A stretch of 64,000 nt of DNA from an uncultured Chloroflexia bacterium. Lineage in GTDB: Bacteria > Chloroflexota > Chloroflexia > QHBQ01 > JADMIH01. Positions 57,509 through 64,000 of the stretch are shown piece by piece. The notes beneath the pieces are model-generated. The model saw only the letters and a program-made list of their open reading frames with translations, was not told the DNA's origin and made no database searches. The stretch spans positions 663,632 through 727,631 of the forward strand of contig CAWCNY010000004.1 of assembly GCA_963797095.1 (NCBI GenBank). Reading direction: 5' to 3'. The stretch's first letter is position 1, and each line of letters opens with the position of its first letter. The position numbers and the translations under genes are program-made.

Positions 57509-57524
57509 GTAGGCAGCAAATTGC

Positions 57525-60038
57525 TCACATCACGATGCTAACCAGCCGGCCCGGTATGTACCGCGCCTGCCGTACCTCTTTGCCATCCAGCATCGCCTTC
57601 ACGCGCTCGCTTGCCAGCGCCATCTGAATAGCATCTTCCTCAGTGGCCTCCGCATCCAGCGTAATGTGATCGCGCACCTTGCCGTTCACCTGCACCGCCA
57701 CTTCGATATGATCGGCGGCGGCCAGTTCCAGGTTGAACGTGGGCCACGGCTGCTCATGTATATGCCCTTGGCCACCTGCGCGCTCCCACAGTTCGGCAGT
57801 AATGTGGGGAGTCATCGGGGCCAGCAGCAGCAGGATGGTGGTTGCTGCTTCACTGTACGCATAGGTTTCAGGCCCGTGAGCGTCCCGGTATGCCTGCATA
57901 GCGTTCGCCAACTCCATGATCGCACTTACCGCCGTGTTGAAGTGGAACCGGTCGATGTCGTCGGTCACCCTGCGTATCGTGGCATGCACCTTACGCAGCA
58001 GTTCCCTGTCCGAAGGCGAGTAGTCTGCGATGTCCTGGTCCTGGCCGTCTGCGCCCACCGTCACATTCCCCTCGAACAGACGCCAGATGCGGTTCAGGAA
58101 ACGGTACATACCTTCGGCTCCCCGGTCGCTCCACTCGGCATCCTCGTCGGGTGGCCCTATGAACAGCACGAACAACCTTCCGGTATCGGCCCCGTGCGTG
58201 TCGGTCATTACGTCCACCGGCACCACGTTACCCTTGCTTTTAGACATCTTCGCGCCGTCTTTGGTGATCATGCCCTGCGTGAATAGCCTGCTGAAAGGCT
58301 CCTGCACGTCCACCATACCCTCATCCGCCAGCATCTTCGTGAAGAAGCGTGCATACATCAGGTGCAGGATCGCGTGCTCCACACCGCCCGTGTACTGGTC
58401 AACCGGCATCCAGTAGTTCGCCTTCGCAGGCTCGAACGGTGCGGTATCGTCGTGAGGGTCGCAGAATCGCAGGAAGTACCACGATGAGTCCACGAACGTA
58501 TCCATCGTGTCGGTTTCCCTACGGGCGGGCCCGCCACAATTGGGGCAAGTTGTATTGACGAAGCTTTGCACCTTTGCCAGAGGTGACACGCCACCCGGCG
58601 TAAACTCCACGTCGATTGGCAGCACCACGGGCAGATCGCTCTCCGGCACCGGCTGCTCGCCGCATTCATCGCAGTAGACGATCGGGATCGGCGCGCCCCA
58701 GTAGCGCTGTCGGGAGATCAGCCAGTCGCGCAGACGGAAGTTGGTGGTGCCCTTGCCTTTACCTGCTTCTTCCAGCATTTTGATGATGATCGCCTTGCTT
58801 TCGGTCGTCGGCACTCCATCCAGCGGTCCCGAATTGACCATTCGCCCAGGACCGTAGTACAGAGGCACGCTTGCGCCCGCCTTCAGCACGAGCTGAACAC
58901 TAGCATCTCCCTTGCCCTGCGCTATTTCTACGTCGCCCTCGGGCTCCACCACCTGCACGATAGGCAGCCCGTACTTCAGCGCGAAGTCGTAGTCGCGCTC
59001 GTCGCCGCCGGGCACCGCCATGATCGCGCCGGTGCCATATGTGACCAGCACATAATCGGCTATCCACACGGGGATCGGAACATCCGTCATCGGGTTTCGT
59101 GCATAGGCTCCCGTCCATACGCCCGTCTTCTCCTTCTCGGTCGACAGGCGCTCTATCTCTGTCTGCTTTTTTGCCTGGTCTATATAGTCGTCCACTGCCT
59201 GCCGCTGCTCATTCGTGGTGATCTGGGCCACCAGTGGGTGTTCCGGTGCCAGCACCATGAAGGTTGCGCCATACGCCGTATCGGGACGAGTCGTATAGAC
59301 CTTTATCTGCCCGTCATGGCCTACCAGCGGGAAATCGATCTCGGCACCGTAGGACCTACCGATCCAGTTGCGCTGCATCGTCTTTACCCGGTCGGGCCAT
59401 TCGTCCAGAATATCCAGGTCGTCCAACAGGCGATCAGCATAGGCTGTGATCTTGAAGAACCACTGCGTCAGGTCTTTCTTGGTGACCTCGGCCCCGCACC
59501 GCTCGCAATGCCCGTTGACCACCTGCTCGTTAGCCAGCACTGTCTGATCGACGGGGCACCAATTGACGAGCGCATTCTTGCGGTAGGCCAGCCCTTGCTC
59601 GTACATCTTCAGGAACATCCACTGGGTCCATTTGTAGTAATCGGGCATACACGATGCCACTTCGCGGTCCCAGTCGTAGACGATACCCATCTTATAGAAC
59701 TGGCCCTTCATATCGGCGATGTTTTGCAGCGTCCTGATGGCCGGGTGCATACCGTCCTTGATGGCCGCGTTCTCGGCGGGCAGCCCGAACGCATCCCACC
59801 CCATGGGATTCATCACGTTATAGCCGCGCATAGTCTTATACCGCGCCGTCAGGTCTCCGATTGTGTAGTTGCGCATGTGCCCCATGTGCAGGTCGCCAGA
59901 AGGATAGGGGTACATCACGAGAGCGTAGAATTTGGGTTTGCTCTCGTCCATGTGTGCGTAATATGTCTTGTTATCCTGCCAGTATTTCTGCCATTTAGGC
60001 TCGATGGCCTGCGGGCTATATCGCTCATCCCTGTCCAT
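57525..60038 (-). CDS. leuS: Leucine--tRNA ligase
   Basis: PYPSGDLHMGH, TTRPDT and GTGAIMAVP editing domain, DWLISRQRYWG, KMSKS. Confidence 0.97.
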   Translation of the reverse strand: MDRDERYSPQAIEPKWQKYWQDNKTYYAHMDESKPKFYALVMYPYPSGDLHMGHMRNYTIGDLTARYKTMRGYNVMNPMGWDAFGLPAENAAIKDGMHPAIRTLQNIADMKGQFYKMGIVYDWDREVASCMPDYYKWTQWMFLKMYEQGLAYRKNALVNWCPVDQTVLANEQVVNGHCERCGAEVTKKDLTQWFFKITAYADRLLDDLDILDEWPDRVKTMQRNWIGRSYGAEIDFPLVGHDGQIKVYTTRPDTAYGATFMVLAPEHPLVAQITTNEQRQAVDDYIDQAKKQTEIERLSTEKEKTGVWTGAYARNPMTDVPIPVWIADYVLVTYGTGAIMAVPGGDERDYDFALKYGLPIVQVVEPEGDVEIAQGKGDASVQLVLKAGASVPLYYGPGRMVNSGPLDGVPTTESKAIIIKMLEEAGKGKGTTNFRLRDWLISRQRYWGAPIPIVYCDECGEQPVPESDLPVVLPIDVEFTPGGVSPLAKVQSFVNTTCPNCGGPARRETDTMDTFVDSSWYFLRFCDPHDDTAPFEPAKANYWMPVDQYTGGVEHAILHLMYARFFTKMLADEGMVDVQEPFSRLFTQGMITKDGAKMSKSKGNVVPVDVMTDTHGADTGRLFVLFIGPPDEDAEWSDRGAEGMYRFLNRIWRLFEGNVTVGADGQDQDIADYSPSDRELLRKVHATIRRVTDDIDRFHFNTAVSAIMELANAMQAYRDAHGPETYAYSEAATTILLLLAPMTPHITAELWERAGGQGHIHEQPWPTFNLELAAADHIEVAVQVNGKVRDHITLDAEATEEDAIQMALASERVKAMLDGKEVRQARYIPGRLVSIVM

Positions 60039-60054
60039 AGTCTTCCTCCCCAGA

Positions 60055-60325
60055 CAACAAAAACGCCCTCCGCCCCACTCAGGGACGAAAGGCAAACAGC
60101 TTCCGCGGTACCACCCCGGTTAGCACGCAACGCATCGCGCAACGTACTCACTCGCTAGCGCTGTATCGGGCGCTCCCGGCTCAAGCTATGACCTCTCAGG
60201 CCATTCACCAAGCGGCTCCCCGGCGAGTTCAGCCATTACCTTCACGCGTCATGGCGTCCAATGCAGGGCTTGCACCAACCCCTGCTCGCTGTATACGGAC
60301 CGACCTACTACTCCGGCTCAATGCC
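60055..60325 (-). promoter_or_regulatory. T-box leader with Leu (CUC) specifier
   Basis: AGTA/AGCGAG/GGTGCAAG stem I, GAACUC specifier (60225-60230), T-box AACCGGGGTGGTACCGCG, terminator with U-run. Confidence 0.93.
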
Positions 60326-60356
60326 AATCTAATCTATACAATTGTGCCTGTAGTGG

Positions 60357-60386
60357 ATTATACCTTAGACGTAACGACAGTGTCAA
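60357..60386 (-). promoter_or_regulatory. leuS promoter
   Basis: TTGACA-18 nt-TATAAT on the minus strand. Confidence 0.75.
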
Positions 60387-60541
60387 TCGGTCCTGCGACG
60401 TAGTATAATCAATCATCTGTACGTTACAGTTCCTGGTTCCTGGTTCCTGGTTCCTGGTAGTCGGTAGTCGGAGGACGAGTGGCGAGTGGCGAGGGACTAT
60501 CGCAACCAGGAACTTGAAACAAACATCCGGAGGTCACAATC

Positions 60542-60814
60542 GTGCCGAGGCCGATACTGACAATCGATGCCGTGCGAATAAGACGAACACCCCTGTACGA
60601 TGGCGGTCGCATAATCGGTTTCAGCGCCGAAACGCCCGTCGAAGTGCGCGGCACTCTCTATTTCCAGAACGGCTCGACCATGAAACTCTTTCAAACCCTC
60701 AACGAAGAAGAGCAGCAAGAGCTTGAAGCCCTACTTTCGAGTGCAACCACGCGCATCCTTTCCTTGATGACGGTCGCCCTCAGCCAGGACGACACACCAA
60801 CCAGTGACACATAA
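60542..60814 (+). CDS. Hypothetical protein (90 aa)
   Basis: GGAGG RBS, GTG start, protein-like composition. Confidence 0.6.
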   Translation: MPRPILTIDAVRIRRTPLYDGGRIIGFSAETPVEVRGTLYFQNGSTMKLFQTLNEEEQQELEALLSSATTRILSLMTVALSQDDTPTSDT

Positions 60815-60820
60815 TCCAAT

Positions 60821-61021
60821 ATGGAAGAGATAGACTACAAGAAGCTACAAGACGACCTGCGACGCGCCTGGGAAGAGCTTGAGTACGCTCACCTCTGGCT
60901 TACGGCCTCTGACTGGGATCATGAGACTGATATAGACGACAAACTGGCTTCGGCGCAGGTAAAAACGCGAGCCTACCTGGAGCTTGTAGATCGCATAAGC
61001 TGGACGATGCGCCGTGGCTGA
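60821..61021 (+). CDS. Hypothetical helical protein (66 aa)
   Basis: Operonic spacing; overlaps the kinase start. Confidence 0.55.
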   Translation: MEEIDYKKLQDDLRRAWEELEYAHLWLTASDWDHETDIDDKLASAQVKTRAYLELVDRISWTMRRG

Positions 61022-63101
61022 CATGAGAGTTACCACCTCTCTAATCGATCTACTTGGGGCCGTTTCGATTGCCACAAACGAGGCAAGCACCATCGAAGAG
61101 GCTGCCCAGTCCTGCGTAGATGCAGTATGCCGCTTCACCGGCTGGCCTATCGGCCATCTTTACCTCGTCTCCAACAATCCGACGGATGACCGCTTGCTCT
61201 ACCCCACCTCGGTGTGGCATATCAGCGATCCCGGTCGATTTGCGCGCTTCCTGGAGACTACAGCGGAGCGCAGGTTCGCTCCAGGCAGAGGTCTGCCTGG
61301 CCGAATCTTTGCGTCGGGCAAACCTGAGTGGTTGATCGACATCCCGGCAAGCCCCAACCACCCCAGGGCGGCCAGTGCCCTGGAAGTTGGCATTCGCACA
61401 GCCTTCGGCGTACCAATCCTGACGGGTTACCAGGTTTCGGGCGTGCTGGAATTCTTCACGACCGAGGTATTTGAGCCTGACCTGCAGATGCTCGACGTAA
61501 TGGCTAATATAGGAGCGCAACTGGGGCGCGTGATCGAGCGCGAACGATCTCGCGAAGCACTGGCAGCCTCGGAGCTAAAATTCAGGTCGGTCACCCAATC
61601 AGCCAGCGATGCTATAATCTCGGCTGACAGCACAGGCGCGATCATATCCTGGAACCGGGGTGCGCAAGCGATCTTTGGTTACACAGAGCAAGAAGCTCTT
61701 GGTAAGTCAATCACAATGCTCATCCCCGAACTCTACAAAACCAGGCATGCGGAGGGTATGGCACGGGTGCGCCACACCGGTGAGTTGCATATCAGCGGGC
61801 GCAGGGTTGAGACGCGCGGCCTTCGCAAAGACGGTGCAGAGTTCCCCGCCGAAGTTTCGCTGGCGTCCTGGGAAGTTGACGGTGAGAAATCGTTCAGCGG
61901 CATTATTCGCGATATCACCGAGCGCAAGGCGGTCGAAGAAGCCTTACGCAACAGCGAGAGCCGCTACCGGCTGGTTGTAGAGCAGGCATCGGATGGCATT
62001 TTCATCTTTGACCGGCATGCGAACTTCATAGACGCAAATCCACATGCCCAGGAGTTGGTAGGCTACACCCTGGACGAGCTTCGCAAGCTCAATATCAGCG
62101 ACACGATCCAGCCGGACGATCTCACCCGCAATCCGGTCCATGAAGAGGATGTACTGGCAGGTGCGGTCGTGTTCAACGAGCGCCGGATGCTCCGCAAAGA
62201 TGGGTCTGTGATCGTGGTGGACTCCACAACCAAGTTGCTGGAGGATGGGCGCATACTCGCCATAGTGCGCGACGTAACCGAACGCAGACGCGCTGAAGAA
62301 GCGATCCGAAAGCTCAACCAGGAGCTTGAGTTGCGCGTCAAGGAGCGCACCGCCAGGCTGGAAGAGGCTATTCAAGTTCGCGATGAGCTTTTGCAGGTGG
62401 TCTCGCATGACCTCAGAAATCCTCTTGCCGGTATTGTTGGTAATGTCCATTTCCTGCACGGCCAGTTGGCCTCAGCAGTCGAGCCTGATCCCCACAAGAT
62501 GAAGGCTATCCTGGCGCGCATCAGGAACGCCACCAATAAGATGCAGCGCCTCATCGATGAGCTACTTGATTTTGGACGCCTACAATCCGGAGAACCACTG
62601 TCGCTGCAACTCAAACCCGTAGACCTCGTTCCCCTGGCATCCCAAGCTGCCGACCAGCATCAACACACTTCTGACATCCACAACATAAGGTTTGAATCAG
62701 CGATTCCAAGCCTGATCGGGATGTGGGACGGCGCACGCCTGGACCGAGTGATCGACAATCTCCTCTCTAATGCCATCAAGTACAGCCCTAACGGGGGCGA
62801 GGTGCTGGTCAGGGTGTCAAGGAGCAAACGCGGGGGTGTCGAGCACGCATTTGTTACTATCCGCGATGAGGGCCTGGGGATCGCCCCTGACGAGCTACAG
62901 CAGATTTTCGAGTGGTTCAGGCGGGGGCCGAAATATGCAGGCAGGATCAGTGGCGCAGGCATAGGCCTGGCAAATTCCCGCCAGATAGTGGAGCAGCATG
63001 GGGGCAGCATCGATGTGGTGAGCCAGGAGGGCGCAGGCTCCTCCTTTACTGTCTGCCTCCCCCTCGATCAACCTCAAGTCAACCGGTCTACAGAACAATA
63101 G
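61014..63101 (+). CDS. GAF-PAS-PAS sensor histidine kinase
   Basis: GRGLPGR GAF; two PAS/PAC (RDITERK, RDVTERR); SHDLRNPL, NLLSNAIKYS, GIGLA. Confidence 0.93.
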   Translation: MADMRVTTSLIDLLGAVSIATNEASTIEEAAQSCVDAVCRFTGWPIGHLYLVSNNPTDDRLLYPTSVWHISDPGRFARFLETTAERRFAPGRGLPGRIFASGKPEWLIDIPASPNHPRAASALEVGIRTAFGVPILTGYQVSGVLEFFTTEVFEPDLQMLDVMANIGAQLGRVIERERSREALAASELKFRSVTQSASDAIISADSTGAIISWNRGAQAIFGYTEQEALGKSITMLIPELYKTRHAEGMARVRHTGELHISGRRVETRGLRKDGAEFPAEVSLASWEVDGEKSFSGIIRDITERKAVEEALRNSESRYRLVVEQASDGIFIFDRHANFIDANPHAQELVGYTLDELRKLNISDTIQPDDLTRNPVHEEDVLAGAVVFNERRMLRKDGSVIVVDSTTKLLEDGRILAIVRDVTERRRAEEAIRKLNQELELRVKERTARLEEAIQVRDELLQVVSHDLRNPLAGIVGNVHFLHGQLASAVEPDPHKMKAILARIRNATNKMQRLIDELLDFGRLQSGEPLSLQLKPVDLVPLASQAADQHQHTSDIHNIRFESAIPSLIGMWDGARLDRVIDNLLSNAIKYSPNGGEVLVRVSRSKRGGVEHAFVTIRDEGLGIAPDELQQIFEWFRRGPKYAGRISGAGIGLANSRQIVEQHGGSIDVVSQEGAGSSFTVCLPLDQPQVNRSTEQ

Positions 63102-63148
63102 CCAGTCATCGGTTCATGCTGCCTCAACACCAGCCATTCTTCCTCATC

Positions 63149-63721
63149 TCAGCGAATGGCACGTCTTTGCAACACCAATCCTCGCACGCTGACGGCGAGC
63201 AAGACGCTACCCGCAACGATGAAGAACGCCCCGGTAAAAGGCAAGACAGCTCCTGTCACGACCGGGCTATCTTCCGCGATCAGGTATTGACCTGCGTCAT
63301 CATCCAGCCGGATGACGGTGCCTTTCCATAACTCTGCATTCAACTCCTCGGTGACATACAACTGAGAAAAGAGGTCGCCCTCGTGGTCTTGCACATTCTG
63401 GATGCTGCCGTCCGGCGTTTGCACCTTCACAAAGCGGTTAATTGGCCCACGGCCTGGGGCAGTAGTGTCCAGATCGACTACTGTCACACGTTCGTCCAAC
63501 CTGCACCCGTCCACCTGCCCGGAAGCGCAAACGGGTGCCGAGGCCAGGAGTGCTGCTTCTTGGTGCCCGGACAGACCATTGGCAAGAACGACTATTCCCC
63601 CAACAATTGTCAGCAGCCAGAACAGGGTCAGAAAGATCGGCCCGCCCACCTTGAGGACCCGCCCGACAATGAGCCGACGCTGTACGACTTTGGAAGATGG
63701 ATCCTCAGATAGATCACGCAT
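63149..63721 (-). CDS. Hypothetical 2-TM membrane protein
   Basis: Two TM segments around an extracellular domain with a Cys pair. Confidence 0.65.
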   Translation of the reverse strand: MRDLSEDPSSKVVQRRLIVGRVLKVGGPIFLTLFWLLTIVGGIVVLANGLSGHQEAALLASAPVCASGQVDGCRLDERVTVVDLDTTAPGRGPINRFVKVQTPDGSIQNVQDHEGDLFSQLYVTEELNAELWKGTVIRLDDDAGQYLIAEDSPVVTGAVLPFTGAFFIVAGSVLLAVSVRGLVLQRRAIR

Positions 63722-63907
63722 TGGGTCGCTATCCTCTTACACGTCCAACAGCGTGTAGTCACTGACAAGATGGATGTGCTACTGAGTGCGCAAGTGCAGC
63801 ATGTACAGGATAACCTGAAAATTGGCTGGATCCAAGTAACAAAAAGCCCGGATGGTATACCATCCGGACCGTTCTTGTGGTGGGGCAGATAGTGGGGTAG
63901 TAAAACA

Positions 63908-63944
63908 AAGCCCTCCGCTCAGTTGCAACGGAAGGGCTATTTTC
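63908..63944 (-). terminator. Hairpin downstream of the tRNA
   Basis: AAGCCCTCCG...CGGAAGGGCT. Confidence 0.55.
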
Positions 63945-63956
63945 GTGCCTAAAATA

Positions 63957-64000
63957 TGGTGGAGATGTGGGGACTCGAACCCCAGACCCTCACACTGCCA
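63957..64000 (-). tRNA. tRNA-Ala(GGC), 3' part
   Basis: Reverse complement TGGCAGTGTGAGGGTCTGGGGTTCGAGTCCCCACATCTCCACCA shows anticodon GGC, T-loop GTTCGAGTC and encoded CCA. Confidence 0.88.

Noticed and set aside
63877-63897. Possible att-site duplicate of the tRNA 3' end (TGGTGGGGCAGATAGTGGGG)
   Set aside because: The similarity is only gapped and partial, and no integrase is nearby.

Overview
Chromosomal segment of a GC-rich bacterium, most likely Chloroflexota. The assignment is inferred from Chloroflexi-type 'FPETG/ERARME' surface repeats, Cys-containing SLH domains, a T-box before leuS and a SAM-I riboswitch before metH. Most of the window is housekeeping and envelope genes: ade, pncC, M16 peptidase, pfp, hbd, acyl-CoA dehydrogenase, aspA, dnaX-ybaB-nfeD-flotillin, metH, comEA, a pspA operon, rarA, infC, leuS, several two-component genes and a partial tRNA-Ala. 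Mobile DNA comprises an IS4-family element and a single-ORF IS66 element, each with terminal repeats, target duplication and one frameshift, plus a 771-nt ORF-less group IIA intron. The most striking observation is that this intron sits exactly inside a tandem heptamer array, and its predicted EBS1/EBS2 loops are both complementary to one heptamer unit. This suggests an intron that homes into the short tandem heptamer arrays found at gene ends throughout the window. Other candidates are a ~450-nt promoter-driven A/C-rich multi-hairpin ncRNA, a structured uORF/terminator leader, small ORFs missed by the track (one type-I-toxin-like), a standalone GluRS anticodon-binding domain, and two apparent C>T lesions in the same GAATCG context.
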